Part shown: positions 1 through 14,500 of the stretch, piece by piece
Layout of the letters: each line of letters starts with the position of its first letter
Numbering within the stretch: the stretch's first letter is position 1
NCBI GenBank assembly: GCA_000934665.2
Contig: KZ537965.1
Span: forward strand, 124,001 to 188,000
Reading direction: 5' to 3'
Length of the DNA stretch: 64,000 nucleotides
Origin: Catajapyx aquilonaris
Taxonomy: Eukaryota
Program-made: the position numbers and the translations under genes
Notes under the pieces: generated by a model
What the model was told of the DNA's origin: nothing
The model's database searches: none
The model's input: only the letters and a program-made list of their open reading frames with translations

Positions 1-2255
1 TCTTTTGTCACCGGATCCTAAAGTTGGGTACTTAGAAAGAGGGGGGTCCTTGCAGAGCGGTGCCTGGATCTTCATGGGAGGGTATTCGTAGGGTCACTGT
101 AAAGAGAAGAATGGACTTTGTGAGTAGTGAAAGGCAATATTTCCCCTGGCACTGTGGTGGCTTCTGAATCGATATGGCTCCATCTCCTACAATAAACCCT
201 CGAGTTTGATAATGCAAGGGCTTGTCTTAGTGCACCGTCACCTGCCGCCATTTACCGACCACTTTTCCAGGGCTCCAAACATTACCCGACACAAATTGCG
301 CAATAATAATCGCTGTAAATGAGCAAATGTAAATTAAGGCCGGAGCAATTAATTTGAAGCATTTATTTTATTCCCAATTTACCTTCAGTGGATCGTCATT
401 AGCGGGAGCAGTGATCCGGACTGTAATGATATTCTAATTGCACAATGGGAAAGTAATAGGCTAATGGCATTATGATGACCCGCACAGCATATGGCATCCA
501 GATAAATCAATGGGAGAGGGTTGTGCGAAACCCTGTAGTTCCCCGCCCCTCCCTGTAAAAAGGAACCCACTTTGCATGGACTGTTTCAGCTGGAAAATAT
601 AAAAAGGGCTGGATTTCCACGGGGCTAATTGCACCTTGCATTTCTGCTGGATAGAATTTTTTTAAAAAAAGAGTTGGTCTGCTTCCAGAAAGTTGGTCTG
701 CAGCATGTGCAGAACATGCATCCTTAACTAGGAGACTGGCACATTTGCGCCTTTCCTCTCCCATCATGTGTACCACAGCTGTGGAGTGCGTATGACTCCA
801 GATGGAACTTTAAGACATCCATGCATGATAGGTCTCATTACTCAGAGTTACATGTATTCCAGAACAGCAGCTGGAAAGTCTGGAAATTATACGGGGTACG
901 TATACGGATGTGATTCATTGTCACCTGTTGAGTACCTTCCACCTAATGGCGACCAATTGAAAAATAATCGAACCCTGATTCGGAAGACAATCAGCAAATA
1001 ATTGGTGCATACTAGTAGAGAGAGGTTAGGCCATATAGAGGAAAAGAGACTGAAAGGCCCTCCCTGTCATTAGCATTTTCATTAAAACCACCGACATAAT
1101 TTTGGTTAATAATTTGCCTTTGAATGATTACCCCATAAAATTAATACAAGGGCCCCACCATTTGGGGAGAGGGGGGAGGCAGGATATAGCTCATAAATTA
1201 GGCAACGTAAATGAAAATCATGATTGGGAAGATTTTGTTAATGCTCGGCGTAACGTTTGCACAATTCAGGCAGGTCAGGAACTTTGCCAATGGAACACAC
1301 AAAAATAGGGGGCAGTTGAAATGAGGGTTATCGGATTATAGCTTTGTATTGGCATAACATTGATTCGATTTTGGAGGGGGGGGGCTTTTGCAAAAATATT
1401 TTGTGTGCTCAGTGTAGCCAACTTGTGCCCATCCATGCTATATATTCACTCGCTCCGACATCTCTCGCAAAAATCGCATTTCTTCAAAAACCCCTCCTTT
1501 TCTCCCCACCCCATTTTTACTATCAACCGACGCCCAACTTCTTTTGGACCAGAAAATTAAATTGGACTCCCCAATTTTTATGCAGGGCTTATTTCCAAAA
1601 GACCCCTCCCGCATCGTCCATGGTAACCTCAATTTAGAACGGTGGCAATAGGGGACTGACCCATGATGCTGTGGTATCGACAGGTCCAGCCATGGTCACA
1701 CACAAAAAAAATGTGCGGAGAGGATAGGACCGGGGGGGGGGGAGTAGGAAAAAAAGGAAGGGGGGAAATAAATCTTGTCCCTGGAGTTAAGGAATTTTTA
1801 TCGTTCCAGCTCTAGGTTTATTTTCCAGGCTGGGGATGTTCCCGATTGAAGTAGAGCAGGGGATGGAATCGAGTTTACAGGAATATTAGATTGCAAGGGG
1901 GTTCGTTTGAGTCAGGAGCTGCGAATAAATGCGTGTGGATATGAAATCTCCCGCTTCGAGGGAACCTGTGAAAGTAAACTGGGCTCTTAAGTCCGACGGG
2001 TGAAATCCTCGTGTTCATTTACAATGTTCCGCACCGATTGGGATGAGGGAGGAGATGAAGGAATGAACGATTCAGCGCAGCATGTATCTAGTCGGATTAA
2101 TCTCATCAGACAAGTGAAATGGAAGGCGGTTCTTCCATTTCATAAATTGGGAGACGGTATATAGCAACAACGAACACCAATCGAACACCAACATGTACAA
2201 ACAAACTTCACTCATACATAGAAGCAGGTTTTTTGGCACAATTATTTTGTAATTG

Positions 2256-2500
2256 TGTATATATTTGGGGTCCATGCAGCGTCTCTTTAGAGCTGGGTGG
2301 TCATGCGAGAAGCTATAGCAAAGAATGGCATGGCGGAAGCTACAATGGCGGAAAAGGATTGAAAAGAAAATGCGTCTGGCAGTGTTGAAAGCCACCCTGG
2401 AGACACCGTCAGGGTCTGTTTTCCGCTGCCTTGATAGTTCGTCTCTTGGGCTGGAAAAAGTTTCCCTTCTGCAAGCTTCTGCAAATGTCTGGAAGGGACG
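2256..2500 (+). pseudogene. Possible decayed non-LTR (RTE-like) reverse transcriptase C-terminal fragment
   Basis: One frame reads CIYLGSM...*QRMAWRKLQWRKRIEKKMRLAVLKATLE, resembling the RT YLG motif and the downstream A-W/F-x-K-L...KLRLxKAxV region; one internal stop; judged by eye only. Confidence 0.35.
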
Positions 2501-5500
2501 TGGGACGCAACCGTCCATGAACGTCATTTCTTTTTTTCTTTAAAAAAAAACCTTCCCACTCATCCAATCTGACTAGATTAGATCGAATCGTAGGGTTGGG
2601 GTGGCTCGTGTTTGTTGTTTAACTTTGCGGCCTTTGTGTCATCAATTTGCCGGGCCCGTGAAGGTCCTGCTTCCTCCTAGCACCAATTCCATTCATCACT
2701 CTGCTGGCACATGGGATGCATCCTGTACAAGGTGCTCCAGCAATTCCTAAATCAACAGTAATGTTCCGTGTTTCTGATTGTGGATCACCCTGTAAATAAA
2801 AAAAAAGTTCATCATTATTGCGGCACATAAGATTTCGACACATGACCAGTGCAGATGCGGAAGCGTGCGCAAAATTGCGCTAGCTGCGGTCTGGCGAAAC
2901 AGATTGGATTCGAAACCAGATAGCCACAGTGTCACCTGCTAATGACATGGGAAGTTAATTGAATACATTAACAGGCTTTTGCAACACGATGCCTTTCCAT
3001 CTGGATTATGGTTCTGAGATGACCCCAAATTTAATTGGTGGGTGCCAAACGTGATTTAACCCCCTCCGCACGCACACACACACATGTCAGTGCGTATATA
3101 TATGCCTCGACAGCACCTTCCATTTCTCTCACTTTATTCCTTACTGTTCGCTGCCTCAATTGTTTCAAGATAAACGTCACGTTTGGAAGATACAGTGCCT
3201 TTTGCTCAGACAAAGAAGCATTGTACACGAGTGGCATGTCTGAAGGGGGCTGGATTTGGATCGACTATTGGGTGGAGGTTGAGTGAAGAAGGAAGGAGGT
3301 GGGGGTTGGTTTGCAGGGGTGGGGGTGGAAGACGGAAAGATCGATTCTTCAATGGAGTATGCTCTGATTAGCCCACCTCGACAGTCGAAAGTGGCAGGTA
3401 GCGAGAAATTGACTTTTAACTCCCGCCTGATTATACTGAATTATCAAACTGATAATGGTGTTGCGTTGACGTTATTACTCGAGGCTGTGTGTGCACTTTT
3501 TTTTCTTCTTATTTTTTACCTCGTTAACTAGAGTAAATAAAACGGGTAATCATATAGTAAAGTAGGTAAGGTAAACTTTGTTATCGGGGGCGTTGCAGGA
3601 TGCTTACTGCTTCAAAACCGGATAACCCTATATTGCATTCAACTATTGGTTTTGGATAGAGCAGGTGTAATTAGAGTGATTATGCATTATGTAATCCCTA
3701 TCCATCACAACAAATGTCACGGTTTGCCACACCCGACGCAACACACAGAAAACGACTACGTAATCATTCTGTTAGTAAACAGACTTCAAAACTATTAACA
3801 ACATTGCCTGGTTTAATTCCGAGTTTTTCTAAAAAAAACTACAAACTATTTTCTAGCAGTTTACAGTGTGTTTAATGAGAGCTGCAACGCCTTCTGGACG
3901 TGTTGACAGGTCCAGTTGTGTCGTGCGGTACATAGCAGAACACACCGTGCAGTGTTTTGTTAAGCCCCTGCGGGACAACGATTCTGTTTGCACACCGCAA
4001 CATTGCACGGAAAAGGTTATCATGTTCGCCAGTTTGTCGAAATGAAAACTGTCACAACCCGGAATGGATAATGGATCTCAATGTCCATGAATGTGGAAGT
4101 AGCCTGAGAGTATATGCACTGCACTATACCTGCCTACTGCACATTTGCGCTCTCTCTCTCTGTAACAAAACTGTATACGATACACTAAAAGTTGCTTAAC
4201 AGTGTTCAGAGTGTCAAACTCTGCTGTGGTGGTCAACATTTTCTTAAATTTTAGGCTTTGTATTCAATGTTTTCCCCCCCGTTTTTTAAAGGGGGGGAAA
4301 ACATCATTTTAGGTCGTTGGATAATTTATAGGGCCAAAGTGGTTTGGGAGAGCGTTGTCATCTCCCCTCTACCCTCCCCAAAAAAAGAAGATTCCTGATG
4401 GGGATTATGAGCGCAGAGGGGGGAAAAAAAAGAAGAAATCGTAGAGGCGCCGGCGCCAGATCTTCAAGCGCCCAACTGCCGATCCAACTTCCGAACAATA
4501 TTGGCTCTCTTTCCCCCCCCCCCCCNTTGCTGCCTGCTCTTTTCTCGCCTCAGAAGCTGCTGGTGGCCCCAGAGTTTTGGGAGGGAAAAGGTATATATCG
4601 GAAGCGAAAGTCCGCTCCCATCCAAAGGCTCACCCTAAAAAGGTTCTATCTTCGGAGGATGAATTTCGCTGTGTAAGTCTCACGCGTGATGGATCGCTGC
4701 TGGAAATGAGTTAGGAAAGCCGCTAAAAAAAGTAAGAAAGGAAAAAAAAAAATACGAGGGACGGAGATGGAATCGGGGGTGTTGCGGTGTTCAGAAAAAG
4801 ATGGGTGTCCATCGATGTAATTACTCACAAATTGTGACATTTTGGAGCAATTTGGACATCAGTATCTTAACAGTGTGTGTGCCTATTTTTTGAGGGGGGT
4901 TCATTCCCAGCAGCAGGTCCCTTAAGGTGGCTCCGGAACATTGAGGAAATTTGCTCCTCTCCATTAGCACCGCACCAATTCCCATTCCGGCCGTACTTCC
5001 AGGCAATAACCATATCTTTTGGTGTTGAAATCAAGGCCCTCGTAATAACTATTCTTGGTTAAGAAGAGCGAATCTGCAGCTGGTTGATTGGGCAGGAGTT
5101 TAAATCACATCCGTCTATGATGGAAGGCCTGGTCGTGTCTGCTGCCAAGTTCCTCTAGAGAGCGAAAAGACTTTTTTTTCCTCTCTCATTTTTTTGGGGT
5201 GGGGCGACCCAAAGTAACGTTTAGACTACATGGGGCGAATTTTCCATACGTAGGAATTGCCTAATTTTCCGCCCCATTCTTGAAGTTTTCCATTCTAATC
5301 TACAGCCCTGGCTCTCTCATTAAAGTTTTCCAAGAACACACCCCAGCACGGTGGCGGCAAAAGCGTTGTAACCATACATCGAGTCAATGTTGCTGCAAAA
5401 TTGGGCAGCGTTATCGAAGGTCCTCTCTACTAGTTGGGGGGTGCCTGGTTTTCCATAGGTGGGGGAGAAAATTCCGCAATTTCATCCCCGAATGCACAGG

Positions 5501-8500
5501 CCCGCCGCGTTCAAAATAAAAGTCCGCATTCATTTCTGGACGAGGTGGCATTAGGCCCGGAGGCTAATCTTGGACCACACAAGTTTGCACAGTCTAACAA
5601 CCCCGTGAGGAAAGGAAATTAGGGGTAGGGGCATTTCCTTTCTGACAGTGTAGTTTCGCCCATTAAGTTCGAAAGTGGTCAAACTATCGCGGGCTGAATT
5701 GTGTGTGCCAGCTGATATTTCTGGAGCATTTAAAAGCCCTCCTTTGAACGGTTATAGCCCCCGACCCCCCCAACCGGTAGAGAGAGCTTTCCGGTGTAAG
5801 GTCACAATGTGCGGAATGCTCCAGAATGCCAAGTGGGCATTTCAATTAATGCCGGGTGTAGTACATCTTTCCACGTCTGCAAAACGGACACACATGTTGT
5901 AGGCAACTATAATTATCTTGGCGGCTCTCCGGAGCATTTTCCTAGAGAGCTAATTCCTAAACTCAACGACATGGTTATTGAGCGGCTAATTTCATTTGAG
6001 ACCATGCCCCTCTGGAATTTTTGGGGGGCCCATACAGCGGTTACACTTTTTTTTAAAGATTTCAAGGGAATACCCTGAACCAAGTAAAAGATTTATTCGA
6101 GGGCGAGCTTGAAAGGGAAAAAAAGGAAAGGGGGAGAAAGACTTTGAAGAAAAACCCCTTTTCTTGGGCGGCGGATAATAAATCCCTTACATTTTGTTTT
6201 AACGTTTGCGGAACGGGCGAGGATGCGTCGGATGTTTGCACAGAAGCTTCCTCCGTCTGTCGGTCCGGGTGATTTACCTCCACGTGGTATCCTTCACAAT
6301 CAAGACACGGGAAGGGCGGAGCGCAGCTGCAATTTTCTTTGACTAAGTAATATGGCTGCCCTAAAACGCAAACAGTAAAGGATGACGACTGCCGACGGAG
6401 ATTAGTTTGCATCCGAAAAGCTGCGAAGGCTACACCAGAACCGTTTCTACTAGTTCAGGACAGGAGAAAGAGGCCAGTGATTTTATGTAGGGTTCAACAC
6501 GTGCTTGGGCGTGGCGTCACCTGCGCAGGACGGCTGCGCAAACTTAATCTGCGCAGTACGGCTGCGCAGTTTGTCGTTGATGATTATTCCAGCTTCGTTG
6601 GGCCAGATCGACTCGGCAAACCCGTCAAGTCGAATGTTCGATAAGACTAGTAGCTTATCCGAGTGAAATTTTCCTCAGACTGATGCGGATAACTCGACTA
6701 ATGGCTCATAGGTTCAGCTGGAAAGAATAAGAGGATTTGCGGAACTGGCAGTGGCTGCGAAAGGATTTGGACAGATCCTGGTTGTTTTTGGTGGCCTGGG
6801 ATGGGTGGGGGGGCAAAACAGGGCTTGAGGAGCAATGAAGCCTGAGAGGAAGCCATGTTGGGAAACGAAGATGGGACAACGGGGACGGGGAAGAAAATTT
6901 CGGGGGAGAGGGGTGCTGCATCAGGCATTTCCGCTCCATTAAACCCAGCTCTCATTAGTCAAGGGATCCCCGGGTTCATTTTTGCTGAAATAGGACATCC
7001 AAATTGAGCCGCATGACGGAGGTTCGGATTAATAAGACTAACAGGCTATTATTGTGCCCCTCCTTGGTTCCCTTAGCGTGGGCAAGGGCTTCGTCTGGCG
7101 ATGACGTGGAAAATTAATATTTTATTTGCCTTCTCTCCGGGTTTTGGGCTGTGCACCGAAACTTCTAATGCGGTGCAAGTCTTGTAACGTCGGCAACGGC
7201 GATTAGATTACTATACGCCGGCTGGGCTCTAATGGACACGTAGATAAATTCCCTTCGTTAACCATTGTTAGGTCGAAGATTGGTTGTTCCGTGTGGCTGA
7301 TTTCCTCGTTAGTTTGATTGGGAATGAGCAGGGGACGGGACCAGTGGTGGTTTAGAGGCTCGTCGGATTTGTGGGTTCCGATGTAAATCTATTGGCTCTC
7401 ATGCTTTTGATTCGCCCCCTCCCAACCCAAAGTGTGCAAAAACGGAGTGCTCTCTATCCGGCTGACCAGTTTTCATTCAGGGAAGGAAATGGAGTGCTCC
7501 CTCTAGAAATAACTGTCGACAGCAGCTCGGACATATCGAAGGTCCATGTGACGCATCGAGTCATATAACAATGGCACAGCATATTGCGATTGATCCCCAC
7601 AGAAAAAGCAATATTGATTCTCAGCAAGCAGACGCCCAGTTTTTCCTCTTATTTTTTAAAGGACGAAACATCCGAAAAATGTGGGAGACCCGACGTTGGA
7701 AAGCGCCAGATTTTAAATAACACATTGTGCTGCAGCTATTCGCTTTCATCCGGCCTGAGTGAGGTGGTCACCAGGCACTTAAATTTTGAAAGCCTCATTT
7801 ATTACACCTGACCTCCCCGTTCTTGGCTGTCTTTTATGAAATACACATGGGGACGTTACGGCGTAATGCACTGTACACCCCCCTCCCCCAGTCGGTAAGT
7901 CCGGTGTATCTAAATATGCAGGCGAGTTTGCCTGGGAGACCCCTCGGCAGGCGTGAGCATTGATATTCCAAGAGCGAATCTGAAGTACGGTCGGCGGGGC
8001 ATTAAAATATTAATGCGGAACTCGGGAGGGTTAGAACACTGAGAGACAAAAGAAAAAGAGCAGTCACGTTTTCCTTCCTGCTCTTCCCGAGCTCTTTCTG
8101 GTTTGAACTTGAGAGGTCCACTTACTTCTCCTCCAGCTGCGAGGCCCACTTGATTATTGATGTCCTTGTCCCGACTCAGGACACGGCCCGACGACCAAGC
8201 GGTGGACCGCAGGGAATTCTCTTCCTCCCGTGACTTGTCTCTAGTGTCCGGTGGGCAGGTGGCCAACAACCTCCTGTCCACTATGATTTGGCCATTAATG
8301 AGGAGGGCCTCACCTGCAGGCTCCAGCACGCACCTTATTTACTTTGCCCTATACACAGTAGGTGATCCTGCGACGAAGACTTTGCATTTTCTTTTTTCCT
8401 CACCTGCATTTTGAGATGGTACGTGACGTGCTTGTGAAGGATGGTAACCCAAGGGCTCAGTGGCAGTTTAGGGGCTTGGCAAAAGGCCTGTGGATTACAA

Positions 8501-11500
8501 GCTGGCGGCAGTCCCTCCTACCTCTACATCCCTTTTTGCTGCCAGGTCGAAGGCAGCACATGGGCAGGAAAGGCTTGCTTTTCATGTGGCATTTATACGC
8601 GCCCTACACGATGGCCAGCTCTGGCAAAATGCTGGGCTTGGAAACCTCGAGTTGAGATTGGGCCCTGATTTGCATCATTCTCCCTTCTCTCTCTCTCTTA
8701 TACATCCCTACCTCTCCCCCCCCTCACCAACTCACAGCTGCATGCAGTCCCATGCTGGCAGGGCTTTTCCAAGAGCCCGAGTCCCCCGAGTCCCCTCTCA
8801 ACGCTACGATTCCCTTTGCATTTGTAATTCACTTGCACGTACGTCGGATTTGGACATTGTGGGGGAGGGAAAAGCAGCAGAACCGGTGGTATTTCCCTGC
8901 TGTTGGAGGATATTCCGCTGCTCTTCACTGCAGCAGAAGATAACCCTCATCTGGAGGAAATCTTGCTTGCTTCTGCTTTGCCTTTTACCTTCCACCCTCT
9001 CCCCACCTCAGCATGTGCCAGCTCTTAATCTGTTGTCTTTGCTTCGAGTTACCTTTTAAGCATCGCTAAAGAGGGATATTGATGGTGGTTTTAACGCTTC
9101 ATGATGTTTGATATGATGGATTATGCAAATGGTGGCGCGTAATATGCTCGTTCGTTTATGCATCACCCATCGCTGGGGATAAAAAACATGAGGGGGGCTT
9201 GTATAATGCGAGAGGTCCTTTTTTGCCTGGAATAGCGCAATTTAGAGGTTGATAAAACTATCAGGCACTGTTTTTAGGCACAAAAATTTTGACCGAAACT
9301 ATCATGTTCGGTTTTCCAGTGCGAAAGAGGAAAATGCAGAAGGAAAGTGTGTTCTCCTGGTTAGAGCAGTGGATGGAAAAAGTCATTAGGCTAATTAGAA
9401 GTGGAAAAATTTCCCTGCTTTTTTTCTAAGGCAAGATAGTGATCTCAGAGCCGAGATACGTAAATCCGAGAACTGAGTTGCTGCTTCCCATTTTACTCGT
9501 TGGGAGCGTTTTCCAAGGGCCATGTTTCGTAGCAGTTAGGTAGTGCAATTCCAGCATCCCCACTCCCTCCAGAGAATTAACCATCCCTTGCCTTCTCTTT
9601 TCTTTCTCTTTTTTTTCTCTCCCCCTCCTCTTGATGTAGGCGACTGGGATGCTTTCAAACTGCTTGCGAGGAGTAGAAAGTGCACTCTTGCTTTGTAGGT
9701 AAACATCCCCTGGGCCCTCCCCCCCTGTTAGGAGAAGTCTTACTCTAGTTTCCTTACGTCATTCTTTGGACCCCCTCTCTTATTTTTTGGGGGGTGCATA
9801 GAAAAAGAGTCTAAAGAACGTTTAGAAATGCGCCCAGACATGCCCCGGAAGATTTGCAATGAGCCATCAATTTTGCTGGATTTGCCTCGTTATCTCGTTT
9901 CTAACAGTTTTAATGACAGCAATGAAAACATGTCGTTATGCTCAAGATGCAGTGCTTCATATAAATTGCGGCGGTTTATGGACGAAATTATTTCAAAGGC
10001 AAATTCATTGCCAATATACTGTAGGCTACCTTCTTTTACATATAAGAAGTGGGCTTAAATTTAATGAGACGTTTTCATATTTTGATGTTATTTCAATTAT
10101 TACAGCTGTACGTGAGTGGAAATTGTTTTCTGTTTGTGAATATTTGTTTTTAATATCATTTTTGAAACACGAATTTTCCCACTCGTTTTAATTTTTTAAA
10201 TGTTACTTTAATGTCAGCTGTTAATTACTTAGTGGAAATTATTTTCCGTTTGTGAATATGCACATTTTGTTTTAAATATAATTTTAAAAATACCCACTGT
10301 AAATTTAACACAATTTTAACTACACTGTTGCTCCTTGAACATCCCACACTCACTGCCCTATTCGACCCTTTCCTTCTCCTTCCCCTTTTTTCCTCCCGAT
10401 CGAGTACCAAAGTTTCGGGATAATGATTGACCTCCACGGCCCCGTAACACCCACACACACACCAAAAAAAAAAGAACTGAAAAAGTAACGACGAACCCGT
10501 TTGGCGGCGCCTGAGAAAGTCATTCCTCGTTTCCTTTCTCCTTTCCCGCCCGGTCATTTGGCCGAGTTATTTCTGGTGCGGATTGAAACAGGAAAGCTGT
10601 TACTTCCGCGATCCGAAGCAAATCAGAAATCCCGCGAAACACTTGCGCAGATAGACAGTCCAATGGACTCGAGGATCAGGATCCGAGAAAAATGGGAGAT
10701 TGGATACAAAGTAGGAGGAGAAGCAGGTGAAGTCCGGGGGACACCACCGGTCCGGAAGAAGAAACAAGAGGAATAAAAAAAAGAAGAGAAGGGGGGGAAG
10801 GATAGAAAAGAAGAGTGTTTCTCGACCCAATCTCGGCTTGCTCGTTTGGAATGCTGACTGGACTCCAGGTTGAGACTTCGAATTCCAATGCGAGATCGCG
10901 CAAGGAAGAGAGTGCAGCCCCATTTGCAGGCTGACAGATGAGAGGGAAGGCTCCTAACGGCGCTTCGTGATTGAACCTGGGAAGCCTGGAAAAGCTATTG
11001 TAACAGGGAATGGCAAACGTTTGCCCCTTTTTTTTCTTTAAAAGGGGGGGGGGGTAGGAAACAACCCCCTTTACTTCTACTTTCCTTTCGTCCCACCCAC
11101 CGTTTTTGACTGCCTCCAAATGGCGAATCAGGGCAGTGTACTTGTTTAATTTTTTAAGCTCAAATCAGACGCGGAGTAATATTCTGCATATTTAATATCG
11201 TGTCTGGGCTGGTTGCAAAAACACTGGGATTTGGAGGTTGACCTAAATAGAAATGTGAATCAACTGCAGCTGGAAGGGTTGAAAGTATGTGGGACAATTG
11301 CGCCCAACAATACATTATGCAAGCAATATGTGAGATGCTCGAGGGAAGTGGAACTGCATATTAATCAAGGCCTCTCAGTCGCAGTGTACCAATTGCCTTT
11401 AACTGACAGATTAAATTTGCAATAATTTTTTGTATGACCCTCTGAAGGCATCCGTCGAGTTTTGGATGACAATGCGACGTATTAACGAGAGGAGGGTCCC

Positions 11501-14500
11501 TATAGAAAAAGATGGGCTTCCAGGTAATCCGTTAGAGAATTTATTAATTTTAGATGATATCGTAATGGGGCCTATCTTTCCCCCCTCCCCCTCCCCCTAC
11601 AGCTTTTGATCTGGAGAGGATAAAGAGTTTTATTGCCGTCATTGAGATCCATAGATCACACAGGGGGCTATTATTTTATGAGCGATTTGGCTGTCCCTTG
11701 GAAAGATTCCGGATGCTTTCAAACGTTAGGTGGCCAGGGCGTGGCCTTTTGGATGGCGAGGGAGGTGTGCTCCCCAATTGAACCGGAGTGTTCGAAATAC
11801 GGGCCCAAAAGTGGAAGGCCATGAATCAAGAAGAAGGGGTTATTGTCGCGCTCCCAAAAATGATCCGTGCATTCAACCCACCCTTACCATTCGATACGTC
11901 ATCGCTCATCATCCCCCCCAGCTCATATTGAAGCTCTTTAAGAATTCAGGTGGAGGAACCCACCTTTAAAAGAAGAATCAAGCTCAAGTGCTGCATTGAG
12001 ACACTTAAGCGCGATTTGTCGGCAGTTATTCTTAAACGATATTTGTCGCTGCTACTTATAACCGCAAAACTGGCCGCAATTTTATTTTGTATCATCAGTT
12101 ATCTCAAGCTCGTCCATATTATGTTCACCATGGTTCAGATAAAAATCGCGTTTAATATGACTTGTTACATGCTATTACTGGTAGAAATTTTTTGTACTCG
12201 CGGACGTGTCATCTCCGTACATTTTTTATGTTCGAGCCCCCCCTCTGAATTTTTTTGGTGGCATCAAAGTGAAATCCTGTCGAAAATAGGGCCGAACCGT
12301 TAGTGGCTGTCCGGCAGGGGAGCCCTGGCGCCCCCTCCCTTTTGTTACAAGGATGGGCAAATATTGGAATACCATTAGAGGCTGTCAGCAGAATCTGCTT
12401 GGTTATCATAAGAAGCGAGCAAAGCCTGTGCGACACCAGGATGATGCTAAAGGGTTGGAAGGGGGAGAGAAGGCTTTTGGGAGTGGGGGAGGTTGAGGGA
12501 AGGTTTCATCTAATAACAGCTCTTCGCACTCCGTTTACCATTGGCCTGCCTCGTTTGCCCTCCTCGAAAAGGGCTGAGGTTTGCATCCAACAGGCAAGCT
12601 AGTGAAGCAAAACGCCTCCGCACTTGTTACACTCGAATTTCACAGGGCTCTGGTTGACACCGGCAGCTGCTTCATTTTCTCCCTGCCTTGTTTCCGGGAC
12701 AATTAATCCGGGACGCAAGGAATTGGACTTGGCTTAAACTGGAGCTTGCGACAACCGACTTGGGTTCATCAACACGTCTCCTCCTTCCTCATCTTTCTGC
12801 AACCTCCTTTTTTTTTGCTTTCTGCTGGTGGTAACCCTCTGACCGCATAATATTCCGCAGACTGCTGGATTGGACCGAAGCCTTTCTAGGACGAAGTAAT
12901 CACCCTCTTTTTTCGGTATGGTCTCTTTTTTTCACTCGTATAACAAAATTTTACTCCGTTCCCGACAGTGGCTTTTACTTCCCTCTCCTCTACCTCATTA
13001 CCCCACTTTTCTTCTCCTCAACGTTCGTCGGATGAGAACCATAAGCTTATTACGGTACGAAGAGAACATGTACTTTGGAAAAGGTGAAGGAGAAACGTTT
13101 CCTGGCTGCTTTCATGCCGAGAAAGAAAATGTAATTTCCCTCCACCATTGTACATTTCCACTAAAAGCGTTCCTGCATACTACCCTCCACCGTACCGGTT
13201 ACACGGTGAGTGGCATTGTTCATAAAATGTGGGGGTTCGGTTTTTGCCGATCTAAAAAGGGTTTTACAGGCGTACAGTTTTACGGCCTCGGGATAAAATT
13301 ATTTATAAGCTGGGCTGGAGTTTTCTCCCCCCAACCACGCCGCATGATTTTCAGCGTTTTACATTGAAGCGACTGGAATCCGCGCTAATTATGTAGGGCA
13401 CTGTTTTATAAATTAGTAGCTCTCAAGGTGATTCACCCTTCTGAATGATTGAAAGTAACGATATATAGTGTCTTTTAAGCAAACTTGCAGACTCAAATCG
13501 AGTCGCTCATAAAATATGCATTTGAGATTGAATTTTTTTTTTCTCTCTGTCGTCTCTATATACCAAACTCTGCTGGTTTTCCCTGTCCAATCATATAGCC
13601 CAAGGTCGTAACCCGGTACGACCAAAACAGTGTTAACCTCTTTTTCGAGGGTGGCCAGAAATTGGACTTCCATGTGAACGATCGTAATCCATTTCAGGGC
13701 CTGTTTCTGGGCCCCCCCAAGAACACCATTAGCCTGCAAGGCACAGATGCAACTCTATTTTATTGAGCTGGTAGCGACAGCTGAAGATGCTCCGGGCCAT
13801 TAGACTAATAGGCCGCCAGGCAACTTTCCACCCAACCCTATACCCAACCCCCCAACGGTTCGGTCTTCTCATAAATTGTTCACCGGTGTAGGCGTAGCCA
13901 TCTCACACTGTTTGACTCTCATAATGGCTGATTTCAAGAGAGGCAGACAAGGTGCGGTAATCGCATTTGACGCCAAGCTACGCGGGTCTGGCATGCTCCA
14001 TTACTGCTCCTCTTCTCCCTCCCCTATATATAGGTATATACATACAACCCCCCCAACAAGCACTGCTCTTCTGGGTGGGGGCAAAAGGATGCTGGAGCCA
14101 GGGTCACACACCAATTTCGGTCCCTTTGATTGAATTTCCTGCGCCTTCTCTCCTACAGGTGAAGTGAGTGCCACTTCGCTTGGACTTTTTTCCCCCCCAT
14201 GAGAAGAGCGTTTTGTGTGGGGAAACAAGCCGGAGTTATTAGTTTTTTGAGGGGGGGGGGGGAATTAATTGAATTTCAAATATAATCGATGAACTTTTTC
14301 GAAGGGTCTTTTAGGCTTATATGGAGTGTGGAATGTAGTTTTGAATTTTAAGTTTATCTAGATTATTAAATTGCATAAGGTGCACTGAGACTTTTACACG
14401 ATAGGTAACTGGGCGTGCAAGGTTAAGGGGCAATTTGTAATGCGAAAGAGTTGGAAAATGAGCTGGAGTGTACTCTAACAGTGCATGCACTGTACCTAAC

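Noticed and set aside
4267..4304. 14-bp hairpin ATGTTTTCCCCCCC...GGGGGGGAAAACAT
   Set aside because: Built from homopolymer runs that are common in this window; a terminator interpretation does not apply to a eukaryotic intron.
7910..9059. Longer intronic ORFs (139 aa minus strand, 189 aa plus strand)
   Set aside because: No recognisable domain, low-complexity composition and no supporting splice structure.
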